A DNA stretch of 64,000 nucleotides from NCBI RefSeq assembly GCF_964213995.1, contig NC_135817.1, positions 53,196,001-53,260,000 of the forward strand, given 5' to 3'. This document shows, in pieces, positions 49,606 to 61,424 of this stretch; positions within the stretch are counted from its first letter, which is position 1; every line of letters starts with the position of its first letter. The notes beneath the pieces were generated by a model. The model saw only the letters and a list, made by a program, of their open reading frames with translations. It was not told the DNA's origin and did no database searches. A program made the position numbers and the translations under genes. Origin of the DNA: Mustelus asterias (lineage: Eukaryota).

Positions 49606-50260
49606 GATGAGGTTATCCATTTTGGCTGAAGGAATAAAAAGGCAAACTTATTATCTAAATGGTGATAAACTTCAAAATGTTTTGGTGCAGAGGGATCTGG
49701 GTGTTCTTGTGCACGAATCGCAGAAAGTTATTGTGCAGGTACAGCAGGTAATGAGGAAGGCAAATGGAATTTTGGCATTCATTGCTAATGGAATAGAGTA
49801 GAAAAACAGGCAAGTGCTGTTGCAACTGTAGAGGGCATTGGTGAGACCGCATCTGGTGTACTGAGCACAGTTTTGGTCCACTTACTTGAAGGAGGACATA
49901 AATGCATTCGAGGTGGTTCAGAGAAGTTTCACTAGATTGATTCCATAGATGAAGGACTTGTCTTAAGATGAGAGATTGAGCAATTTAGGCTTATACGCAC
50001 TGAAATTTAGAAGAATGAGAAGACATCTAATTGAGGTTTATAAGATGCTACAGGAGATTGACAGAGTGAGTGGATGTTTCCCTTGTTGGACATTCTAAAA
50101 TGAGAGGCCATAGTTTAAGGCTAAGGGGTGGCAGATTTAAAACAGAAATGAGGAGGAATTCACTCAGTGTTACAAACCTGTGGAATTCTCTACCCCAGAG
50201 TGCAGTGAACACCGGAGCACTAAACAAGTTTCAAGAGAAGATAGATAAGTTTTTAATTAG
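49606..50260 (+). mobile_element. Degenerate CR1 LINE 3' portion
   Basis: VQRDLGVLVHESQKV...KANGILAFIANGIE; RGHSLRLRGGRFKTEMRRN; several stop codons. Confidence 0.9.
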
Positions 50261-50265
50261 TATTT

Positions 50266-51540
50266 GTTTTATATATATAATTGATATAGATGATAAAGTA
50301 GGGAGAATGATAAGCAAGTTTGCACATAACACCAAGATTGGTAGGGTGGTTAATAGTGAAGAAGGTCATAGGTTACAAAGAGACATAGATGGGTTGGTCA
50401 GATGGGCAGAGCAGTGCCATGTGGTATTTAATCCTGATAAGTGTAAAATGATGCACTTTGGAAGAGTTTAAGTTTAAAGTTTATTAAGTTTATTTAATAG
50501 TGTCACAAGTATGCTTACATTAACACTGCAGTGAAGTTACTGTGAAAATCCCCTAGTCGCCACACCTCGGCGCCTGTTTGGATACACAGTGAGGGAGAAT
50601 TAAACATGGCCAATGCACCTAACCAGCACGTCTTTCGGACTGCGGAGTGAAACCAGAGCACTCAGAGGAAACCCACGCAGACACGGGGAGAACGTGCAGA
50701 CTCCGCACAGACAGTGACCCAAGACCAGAATCGAACCTGGGTTCCTGGCTCTCTAAGGCAGCAGTGCTAACCACTGTGCAACCAACGAGACAAAGGAGTA
50801 TTTAAGGAATGGCAGGGCACTAGGAAGCTCAGAGGAACAGATGGACATTGGGGTATTTATTCACAGACCCTGAAGGCGGCAGAGCAGGTGAATAGGATAA
50901 GTAAAAAGGCATATGGGACACTTGCTTTTATCAGTTGTAGCATAAATTATAAGAGCAAGGAGGAAATGTTGGAGTTGTACAGAGCCTTGGTTAGAACACA
51001 GCTGGAGTACTGTATGCAGTTCTGGTCACCTCACTATAGGAAGGATGTGATTGTACTAGAGGGGCTGCAGAGATTCATCAGGATGTTGCACGGGATGGAG
51101 CATTTGAGCTCTTAAGAGAGAGCTGATAGGCTTGGATTGTTTTCTCTAGAGCAGAGAAGGCTGTGGGGGACATGATTGAGGCTTATAAGATTATGAAGGA
51201 TATGGACAAGGTGAATAGAAAGCAGCTGTTCCCCTTGGTTGAGGGATCAATCATGAGGGGGCATAGTTTTAGGATAAGGGACAGGAGATTCAGAGGGGAT
51301 TTGCAAGAAAAAATAATCACTCAAAGGGTGGTGGGAACCTGGAATGCGCTGCCTGGTAAGGTAGTGGATGCCGGAAACCTTACAATCTTTAAAAGGTATT
51401 TGGATGAGCACTTGACACATCATAACATTCAAGGATATGGGACAAGTGCTGGAAAATGAGATGAGCGTGACTTTAGTGGTGTTATTGTTGGTGCAGACTC
51501 GATGGGCAAAAGGGCCTTTTCTGCGCCGTATGACTCTGTG
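50266..51540 (+). mobile_element. Second degenerate CR1 LINE, interrupted by a V-SINE (50465-50781, minus strand, alternative tail)
   Basis: ISKFAHNTKIGRVV...FNPDKCKMMHFGR | resumes ...KKAYGTLAFI...QFWSPHYRKD; tail GACTCGATGGGC. Confidence 0.9.
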
Positions 51541-52548
51541 GCTCCAAGTGGTGCTATGGAGTCTAAATTTGCAGAACTGGAGTTGAAAGTGGTTGTTAAA
51601 AGTCTGTTAATTTAATATTACAATTGTGTCCTCAAAAATGTGAGATTTGAGAAAAACCTTTGTACTTTTATGCAAGGTGTTTTGACTTTATACCTTTTGC
51701 AAAGATAGGTGGTGTGGATTAATTTTGACTGTAATATACATTATAGCACCCTAAAGTGCACAAGAGATTTTTCTTGCAAAAGGTAAAGATATCTTTGAAG
51801 AATTACAAAGTCACAGTTTGACCTTTTTCAAAGTACTGCCTTAATTCACTTAGCAGCTCATCTGGAAGTGCTATTGTGCTGGCTGACTGCTCCCCAAACC
51901 CCAAAGGATTTCTCAAAGTGAGCAAGTCATTAATCTCTTATTCTATTTGCTCTATTAGTTTCTTTTAAGTAGCAGTTTGAAGCGATGCCATCATACTGCC
52001 TACTGCAACCGTTCTTGTGGAATAGATGCCTTCAAAGTGAAGGGTTCAAGGTAATGGATAGTGATAGTGGAGGCTGATTTGTGCACCAAGGAAAGGAAAG
52101 AAATGTACATTGTTAGGAATAGAACAGAAATAAATTTCCATAGCATCTGCAAGTGTCAGACTTGATGGAATGAACAAATAGAATGGTTAAAATTTAAAAT
52201 GGTTAAAGGAAGTACTCAGTGAGACTGTGATATTAAACTACCCTTGATTATGATGGTAATGGGGGAATTGTCTTTAAAACAACTGAACTAATATTTTTGA
52301 AGCCGTGACCAATAATGAAAATGCATCTTCAAAACATTTCCATGTTCCCCCAAAAACTGATATATTCAAGCAAATTGTTGACATTAAATCCTTTCGGGGC
52401 CACTGATCATTAAAAAGCGTTTCCCCTTTCAGTTCATAATTTGTTTACTTGCTGATAATTTCTAACTTCCATTTGAAATGAAAAGGATTCCTTACTGCTC
52501 AGAGAAAAGAAATACTTTTCTTACTCACGACCAAGCAGCTTGTCCGCA

Positions 52549-52890
52549 GGAGGCGCCACGTTGGCACAGTGGTTAGTGGGGCGGTACAGTGCTAAGCAGT
52601 GGTTAGCACTGCTGCCTCAGAGCGCCAGGGACCTGGGTTCAATTCCCGGCTTGGGACACTGTCTGTACAGAGTCTGCACATTCTCCCTGTGTCTGCGTGG
52701 GTTTCCTCCGGGTGCTCCGGTTTCCTCCCACAGTCCGAGAGACATGCTGGTTAGGTGCACTGGCCATGCTAAATCCTCCCCCAGTTTACCCGAACAGCAC
52801 CGGAGTGTGGCGACTAGTGGATTTTCACAGTAACTTCATTGCAGTGTGAATGTAAGCCTACTTGTGACACTAATAAATAAACTTTAAACT
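52549..52890 (+). mobile_element. V-SINE, alternative tail, with duplicated A-box region
   Basis: CAGTGGTTAG occurs twice in the head; tail ends AATAAATAAACTTTAAACT. Confidence 0.88.
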
Positions 52891-52899
52891 GATACAAAC

Positions 52900-55800
52900 T
52901 TTAAACAATATGTGGATAGGCCGACAAGAGGTGAGGCCACATTGGATTTGGTACTGGGAAATGAACCGGGCCAAGTGTTAGATTTGGTTGTGGGAGAGCA
53001 CTTTGGAGATAGTGACCACAATTCGGTGTCTTTTGTTATTGCAATGGAGAGGGATAGGGCCGTACGGCAGGGCAAGGTTTACAAGTGGGGGAGAGGTAAT
53101 TATGATGCGATTAGGCAAGAATTAGGGGGCATAAGATGGGAACAGAAACTGTCAGGGAAAGGCACTAATGAAAAGTGGAACTTTTTCAAGGAACAAATAC
53201 TGGGTGTCCTTGATAGGTATGTCCCTGTCAGGCAGGGAGGAAATGGCCGAGTGAGGGAAACATGGTTCACGAAAGAGGTGGAATGTCTTGTGAAAAGGAA
53301 GAGGGAAGCTTATGTAGGGATGAGGAAATAAGGTTCAGATGGCTCGATTGAGGGTTACAAGTTAGCAAGGAATGAGCTGAAAAAGGGCCTTAGGAGAGCT
53401 AGTAGGGGACATGAGAAGTCCTTGGCGGGTCGGATCAAGGAAAACCCCAAGGCTTTTTACTCTTATCTGAGGAATAAAAGAATGACCAGGGTGAGGTTAG
53501 GGCCAGTCAAGGACAGTAGTGGGAACTTGTGTATGGAGTCAGTAGAGATAGGTGAGGTGATGAATGAATACTTTTCTTCAGTGTTCACCAAGGAGAGGGG
53601 CCATGTTTTTGAGGAAGAGAAGGTGTTACAGGCTAATAGGCTGGAGGAAATAGATGTTCGGAGGGAGGATGTACTGGCAGTTTTGAATAAACTGAAGGTC
53701 GATAAGTCCCCTGGGCCTGATGAAATATATCCTAGGATTCTTTGGGAGGCAAGGGATGAGATTGCGGAGCCTTTGGCTTTGATCTTTGGGTCCTCACTGT
53801 CCACGGGGATGGTGCCAGAGGACTGGAGAGTGGCGAATGTTGTTCCTCTGTTTAAGAAAGGGAATAGAAATGACCCTGGTAATTATAGACCGGGGGTTAG
53901 TCTTACTTCGGTGGTTGGTAAATTGATGGAAAAGGTCCTTAGGGATGGGATTTACGACCATTTAGAAAGATGCGGATTAATCCGGTAAAGTCAGCACGGA
54001 TTCGTGAAGGGTAAGTCGTGCCTCACAAATTTGATTGAAGTTTTTGAGGAGGTAACTAAGTGTGTTGATGAAGGTAGGGCAGTTGACGTCATATACATGG
54101 ATTTTAGTAAGGCGTTTGATAAGGTCCCCCATGGTCGGCTTATGATGAAAGTAAGGAGGTGTGGGATAGAGGAAAAGTTGGCCGATTGGATAGGTAACTG
54201 GCTATCTGATCGAAGACAGAGGGTGGTGGTGGATGGAAAATTTTCGGACTGGAGGCAGGTTGCTAGCGGAGTGCCACAGGGATCAGTGCTTGGTCCTCTG
54301 CTCTTTGTGATTTTTATTAATGACTTAGAGGAGGGGGCTGAAGGGTGAATCAGTAAATTTGCTGATGACACCAAGATTGGTGGAGTAGTGGATGAGGTGG
54401 AGGGCTGTTGTAGGCTGCAAAGAGACATAGATAGGATGCAAAGCTGGGCTGAAAAATGGCAAATGGAGTTTAACCCTTATAAATGTGAGGTGATTCATTT
54501 TGGTAGGACTAATTTAAATGTGGATTACAGGGTCAAAGGTAGGGTTCTGAAGACTGTGGAGGAACAGAGAGATCTTGGGGTCCATATCCACAGATCTCTA
54601 AAGGTTGCCACTCAAGTGGATAGAGCTGTGAAGAAGGCCTATAGTGTGTTAGCTTTTATTAACAGGGGGTTGGAGTTTAAGAGCCGTGGGGTTATGCAAT
54701 TGTGTGCAGTTCTGGTCACCTCACTATAAGAAGGATGTGGAAGCGCTGGAAAGAGTGCAGAGGAGATTTACCAGGATGCTGCCTGGTTTGGAGGGTAGGT
54801 CTTATGAGGAAAGGTTGCGGGAGCTAGGGCTGTTCTCTCTGGAGCGGAGGAGGCTGAGGGGAGACTTAATAGAGGTTTATAAAATGATGAAGGGGATAGA
54901 TAGAGTGAACGTTCAAAGACTATTTCCTCGGGTGGATGGAGCTATTACAAGGGGGCATAACTATAGGGTTCATGGTGGGAGATATAGAACATAGAACATA
55001 GAACATAGAAAGCCACAGCACAAACAGGCCCTTCGGCCCACAAGTTGCGCCGATCACATCCCCACCTCTAGGCCTATCTATAGCCCTCAATCCCATTAAA
55101 TCCCATGTACTCATCCAGAAGTCTCTTAAAAGACCCCAACGAGTTTGCCTCCACCACCACCGACGTCAGCCGATTCCACTCACCCACCACCCTCTGAGTG
55201 AAAAACTTACCCCTGACATCTCCTTTGTACCTACCCCCCAGCACCTTAAACCTGTGTCCTCTCGTAGCAACCATTTCAGCCCTTGGAAATAGCCTCTGAG
55301 AGTCTACCCTATCCAGACCTCTCAACATCTTGTAAACCTCTATCAGGTCACCTCTCATCCTTCGTCTCTCCAGGGAGAAGAGACCAAGCTCCCTCAACCT
55401 ATCCTCATAAGGCATGCCCCCCAATCCAGGCAACATCCTTGTAAATCTCCTCTGCACCCTTTCAATGGCTTCAACATCTTTCCTGTAATGAGGTGACCAG
55501 AACTGTGCGCAGTACTCCAAGTGGGGTCTAACCAGGGTCCTATAAAGCTGCAGCATTATCTCCCGACTCCTAAACTCAATCCCTCGATTAATGAAGGCTA
55601 GTACGCCGTACGCCTTCTTGACCGCATCCTCCACCTGCGAGGCAGATTTAAGAGTCCTATGGACCCGGACCCCAAGGTCCTTCTGATCCTCTACACTGCT
55701 AAGAATGGTACCCTTCATATTATACTGCTGCTTCATCCCATTGGATCTGCCAAAATGGATCACTACACACTTATCCGGGTTGAAGTCCATCTGCCACTTC

Positions 55801-57473
55801 TCCGCCCAGTCTTGCATTCTATCTATGTCTCGCTGCAACTTCTGACATCCCTCCAAACTATCCACAACACCACCTACCTTGGTGTCGTCAGCAAACTTAC
55901 CAACCCATCCCTCCACTTCCTCATCCAGGTCATTTATGAAAATGACAAACAGCAAGGGTCCCAGAACAGATCCCTGGGGCACTCCACTGGTCACTGACCT
56001 CCATGCAGAGAAAGACCCCTCCACAGCCACTCTCTGCCTTCTGCAGGCAAGCCAGTTCTGGATCCACAAGGCAACAGCCCCTTGGATCCCATGCCCTCTC
56101 ACTTTCTCAAGAAGTCTTGCATGGGGGACCTTATCGAACGCCTTGCTGAAGTCCATATAGACCACATCCACCGCTCTTCCTTCGTCAATGTGTTTGGTCA
56201 CATTTTCAAAGAACTCAACCAGGCTCGTAAGGCACGACCTGCCCTTGACAAAGCCGTGCTGACTACTTTTGATCATACTAAACTTCTCTAGATGATCATA
56301 AATCCTGTCTCTCAGGATCCTCTCCATCAACTTACCAACCACTGAGGTTAGACTCACCGGTCGGTAATTTCCCGGGCTGTCCCTGTTCCCTTTCTTGAAT
56401 ATAAGGACCACATCTGCAATCCTCCAATCCTCCGGAACCTCTCCCGTCTCCATCGACGATGCAAAGATCATCGCCAAAGGCTCCGCAATCTCCTCCCTCG
56501 CCTCCCACAGTAACCTGGGGTACATCCCATCCGGTCCCGGCGACTTACCAACCTTGATGCCATTCAATAGTTCCAACACATCCTCTTTCTTTATGTCCAC
56601 ATGCTCGATCCTTTCTGTCCACCGCAAACCAGCAGTACAACCACCCAGATCCCTTTCCACCGTGAATACCGAGGTAAAGTATTCATTAAGCAGCTCCGCC
56701 ATTTCTAACGGTTCCGCACAAACTTTTCCCCCTTCACCTTTTAAGGGTCCTATGCCTTCACATCTCATCCTTTTACTCTTGACATATTTGTAGAAAGCCT
56801 TGGGATTCTCCTTAATCTTACCCGCCAAGGCCTTCTCATGACCCCTTCTCGCTCTCCTAATTTCCTTCTTAAGCTCCTTCCTACATCCCGTATACTCCTC
56901 TAAATCCTTAACACCTCCTAGCTCTCTGAACCTTCTGTACGCCTCTCTTTTCTTATTCACCAGGTTCATCACAACCTTCGTGCACCACGGTTCCCGTACC
57001 CTACCAACACCCCCCTGTCTCATCGGAACGTTGTCATGCAGAGCTCCAGACAAACATTCCTTGAAAATCCTCCACTTTCCTTCGGTACTTTTCCCCAAGA
57101 ATGCCTCCTTCCAATTTACCCGTCTAATTTCCTCCCTGATGACACTGTATTTCCCTTTACTCCAGAGAAACACTTTCCTAGCCTGCCTGATCCTATCTCT
57201 TTCCAATGCTATCGTGGGTATAGCATTGGAAAATATAGGAAGGATATCAGAGGTAGGTTCTTTACGCAGAGAGTGGTTGGGGTGTGGAATGGACTGCCTG
57301 CAGTGATAGTGGAGTCAGACACTTTAGGAACATTTAAGCGGTTATTGGATAGGCACATGGAGCACACCAGGATGATAGGGAGTGGGATCGCTTGATCTTG
57401 GTTTCAGATAAAGCTCGGCACAACATTGTGGGCCGAAGGGCCTGTTCTGTGCTGTACTGTTCTATGTTCTATG
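52900..57473 (+). mobile_element. 5'-truncated CR1 LINE (host), split by a nested CR1
   Basis: APE C-terminal SDH motif, RT ([26 protein letters not shown]) with stops and a frameshift; sequence resumes at 57233 (YRKDIRGRFFTQRVV) and ends (TTCTATG)n. Confidence 0.93.
54988..57212 (-). mobile_element. Young nested CR1 LINE with an uninterrupted 710-codon RT frame (55074-57206), 5'-truncated, endonuclease absent
   Basis: Intact RT motifs [37 protein letters not shown]; (GAACATA)n tail; TSD ATATAG at 54982-54987 and 57233-57238. Confidence 0.95.
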
Positions 57474-58276
57474 ATATTTCTCTGACGTTATGATGCGCCC
57501 AGAACTTTAAACTTTAACATTTCTGGGAAAAAAATGAAAGCGAATAATTTAGGATTCAACAATTGTTGTAATTAGCTGGACTGCAGACTCATGTTAAAGA
57601 ATAAAGGAACATATCCCTTGTTAACAAAACAAAAAATAGATAAAGTTGAATCAGTGTAGTGCCTGAGACAAAGAAAAGGACAAAATAATGGATGGATAAT
57701 GATTTGCAATTTGGACATTTTCCTCTTTAAGTCTTCCTTTTGCAACTTTGCCTTTGTTTTATGTGATAGTGAGTTACAATTTTACCCTGTGCTGCTGAAA
57801 AAAATGGCATGGTTTCACTAAATGCAATTTGGCACTAAATCAGGTGAAGTGACATAAAGAAATTTTGGGAGCATGGTAAGACAATGAACATATTATAAAG
57901 GGATGGTTTACAGGAACGATTAGACGGATGGAATTTTAGGCCAGAACAGTAAAAGCTAAGAACAACTGATCTCCATTAATTACATTACATTAGCATGTAT
58001 GGAACATGTTCCTACTTAAATCAAACCCAAAAAGGGGTTCAACAAAATAGAAAATAATTGGATACCAAATTTTATATTGGTCAAACAAATGAAAAACTGA
58101 AATCCAAGGGGAGTATAGTTTGGTATAAAGTGTGAGAATTCAGATTGATGTGATATCGCAAGAAGCCTGCAAATGAAGTGACTTTATTTCAGATTGCTTC
58201 TTGTGGTGACACCAATATGGTTACCATCTGTCAATGTAAGACCAATGAAAGTATTCACATTTCAATACATTTGTTC

Positions 58277-58602
58277 TGTCAGCCATGGCTCAGTTGGTAA
58301 AACTCTTATCTTTCAGTCAGAAAGTTGTGGATCCATCCAGGATGAACACAAAAACCACAGCTGACATTAATTCAGCAGGGGGGGGGGGGGGGGGGGGAGT
58401 GCGGCAATGTTGGAGGAGCTGCCATTCAGGTGAGATGTAATCTAGTCAATATTTATCTGCTGTTTATCACATTGTTGTTTGTGGGAGATTTGTGTGCAAA
58501 TTGGCTGTTGCATTTAGTACATTACAACAGTGACTACTTTGTTAATTGTAAAACACCTTGGGATGTTTGGAGGTCACAACAGATACTATATAAATTCTTT
58601 CT
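58277..58602 (+). mobile_element. SacSINE1/DeuSINE-like relic with L2-type tail
   Basis: TGTCAGCCATGGCTCAGTTGGTA head; ATCACATTGTTGTTTGTGGGAGATTTGTGTGCAAATTGGCTG...ACATTACAACAGTGACTAC tail. Confidence 0.65.
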
Positions 58603-58790
58603 TGTTGGAGATGATGTACACAAGAAATTTGTAAAGTAGAGGTAAAGAGGGAGCTACAATAGCCCAAGATGCTTATTGATAATCCAGGAAAATTGGTTCC
58701 TGTCTCATGGCTATGATATACTATAGAGCTCATTCTCAGAGTCATTTAACTTGAGAATACAGTTAATAAATACAACTCAATCAATCAATG

Positions 58791-59960
58791 ACTGTGTCCT
58801 CAGCCCCTTACTATACTCCTTATACAATTATAACTGTGTGGCCAAATTCCCCTCCATTTTCAAGTTTGCTGATGACACCACCGTGGGTCAGAACTCAAAC
58901 AACGGCAAGATGGAGTATAGGAAAGAGATAGAGAATCTGGTGAAATGTGATGACAATAATCTCTCCCTCAATATCAGTAAAACAAAGGAGATTGTCATTA
59001 ACTTCAGGAAGCATAGTGGAGGATATCCCCCTGTTTACATCAATGGGGATGAAGTGGAAATAGTCGAGAGCTTCAAGTTTCCAGGTGTCCAGATCACAAC
59101 AACCTGGCCTGGTCCCTCCACGCTGATGCTATATTTAATAAAATCCACCAACACCTTCTCAAGGGGCTAAGGAAATTCAACATGTCTGCTACGACACTCA
59201 CCAGTTTTTACAGAAGCACCATAGAAAGCATTCTTTCTGGTTGTATCACAGCTTGGTATGGCTCCTGCTCTGACCAAGACTACAAGAAACTACAAAGGGT
59301 CGTGAACAAAGCCCAATCAATCACACAAACCAGCCTCACATCCATTGACACTGTCTACTCTTCCCACTGCCTCAGAAAAGTAGCCAGCATAATTAAGAAC
59401 CCCATTCCATCAGGAAAAAGATACAAAGGTCTGAGGACACGTACCAACCGACTCAAGAACAGCTTCTTCCCTGCTGCTGTCAGACTTTTGAATGCATCGT
59501 TCAGTTGATCTTTCTCTACACCCTAGCTTTGACTATAACACGACATTCTGAACCCTCTCTTTTCCTTCTCTATGCATGGTATGCTTTGTCTATATAGCGC
59601 ATGAAACAATACTTTTCCCTGTATACTAGAATCATAGAAACCCTACAGTGCAGAAGGAGCCATTCAGCCAATCGAGACTGCACCAACCACAATTCCACCC
59701 ACGCACTATCCCCGTAGCCCCACACATTTACCCTAGCTAGGGTCAATTTAGTGTGGCCAATCAACCTAACCCGCACACCCTTGGACTGTGGGAGGAAACT
59801 GGAGTACCCGGAGGAAACCCATGCAGACACGGGGAGAGCGTACAAACTCCACACAGACAGTGACCCAAGCCAGGAATTGAACCCGGGTCTTGGGTGCAGT
59901 GAGGCAGCAGTGCTAAACACCGTGCCAACCTACTAACTCATGTGGCAATAATAAATCAAA
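58791..59960 (+). mobile_element. Rex1/Babar LINE (RT C-terminal half) interrupted by an HE1 V-SINE (59627-59927, minus strand)
   Basis: CVLSPLLYSLY...KFADDTTVG...LSLNISKTKEIVINFRK...FYRSTIESILSGCITAWYG; tail resumes at 59928 TGTGGCAATAATAAATCAAA. Confidence 0.88.
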
Positions 59961-60028
59961 TGCAAAGATCCAAGCTGGACAAGAACAGGCATTACACCTG
60001 AGCCCATGCTTGTTCTTAGCCAGAAGGC
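59961..60028 (-). mobile_element. U2 snRNA-headed element, copy 3 (probable tail at 58763-58790, separated by the Rex insertion)
   Basis: Revcomp GCCTTCTGGCTAAGAACAAG (18/20 to U2) ATGGGCTC...AATGCCTGTTCTTGTCCAGCTTGGATC; beyond the Rex element TTGATTGATTGAGTTGTATTTA resembles the tail of copy 1. Confidence 0.6.
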
Positions 60029-60045
60029 TATTTCTAGTTCTGATG

Positions 60046-61300
60046 TGGAGATGCCGGCGTTGGACTGGGGTGAACACAGTAAGAGTTTTAACAACACCAG
60101 GTTAAAGTCCAATAGGTTTATTTGGTAGCGAATACCATTAGCTTTCGGAGCGCTGCTCCTTCGTCAGAGGGAGTGGAAATGTGCTCTCAAACAGTGCACA
60201 GAGACACAAAATCAAGTTACAGAATACTGATTAGAATGCGAATCCCTACAACCAGCCAGATCTCAAAGATACAGATAATGTGGGTGGAGGAAGCATTAAG
60301 CACAGGTTAAAGAGATGTGTATTGTCTCCAGACAGGACAGCCTGCAAGTCCAGGAGGCAAGCTGTGGGGGTTACTGGTAATGTGACATAAATCCAACATC
60401 CCGGTTTAGGCCATCCTCATGTGTGCGGAACTTGGCTATCAGTTTCTGCTCAGCGACTCTGCGCCGTCGTGTGTCGTGAAGGCCGCCTTGGAGAACGCTC
60501 ACATGAGGACGGCCTAAACCGGGATGTTGGATTTATGTCACATTATCAGTAACCCCCACAGAACAGTGACCACGACACCACACAACCCTGCCACAGCAAC
60601 CTCTGCAAGACGTGCCGGATCATCGACACGGATGCCATCATCTCACGTGAGAACACCATCTACCAGGTACACGGTACCTACTCTTGCAACTCGGCCAACG
60701 TTGTCTACCTGATACGCTGCAGGAAAGGATGTCCCGAGGCATGGTACATTGGGGAAACCATGCAGACGCTACGACAACAGATGAATAATCACCGCTCGAC
60801 AATCACCAGGCAAGACTGTTCTCTTCCTGTGGGGGAGCACTTCAGCGGTCACGGGCATTCAGCCTCTGATCTTCGGGTAAGCATTCTCCAAGGCGGCCTT
60901 TACGACACACGACAGCGCAGAGTCGCTGAGCAGAAACTGATAGCCAAGTTCCGCACACATGAGGATGGCCTAAACCGGGATGTTGGATTTATGTCACGTT
61001 ATCAGTAACACCCACAGCTTGCCTCCTGGACTTGCAGGCTGTCCTGTCTGGAGACAATACACATCTCTTTAACCTGTGCTTAATGCTCCCTCCACCCACA
61101 TTGTCTGTATCTTTAAGATCTGGCTGGTTGTAGGGATTCGCATTCTAATCAGTATTCTGTAACTTGATTTTGTGTCTCTGTGCACTGTTTGAGAGCAGAT
61201 TTCCACTCCATCTGACGAAGGAGCAGCGCTCCGAAAGCTAATGGTATTTGCTACCAAATAAACCTGTTGGACTTTAACCTGGTGTTGTTAAAACTCTTAC
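60046..61300. mobile_element. Penelope-like element insertion with inverted terminal arms and a GIY-YIG endonuclease C-terminus (60562-61008, + strand)
   Basis: Frame 60562-61008: QPCHSNLCKTC...NVVYLIRCRKGCPEAWYIGETMQTLRQQMNNHR...VGEHF...EQKLIAKFRTHEDGLN; arms 60079-60500 and 60880-61300 are inverted; 13-bp TSD TCTAGTTCTGATG at 60033-60045 and 61301-61313. Confidence 0.9.
61208..61244 (+). ncRNA. Minimal PLE-type hammerhead ribozyme (inverted twin at 60135-60171, minus strand)
   Basis: CCAT-CTGACGA-A-GGAGC-AGC-GCTCC-GAAA-GCTA-ATGG: intact CUGANGA and GAAA cores, stem II GGAGC/GCTCC, stem I CCAT/ATGG, palindromic AGCT in place of stem III. Confidence 0.75.
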
Positions 61301-61424
61301 TCTAGTTCTGATGACCAGAGTCCAATTTCTCTCTCTCCGAGTGATCATTGAGTCCAGTCTGTCTATTTCTGTGCTTGTGTCTGACTCTCTAGCTCTCACT
61401 TTGGGCTCTGAGTTGACGACCCCA

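Noticed and set aside
55074-57206. Host gene or autonomous retrotransposon
   Set aside because: 5'-truncated CR1 lacking ORF1 and endonuclease, with no true ATG start; bounded by a TSD.
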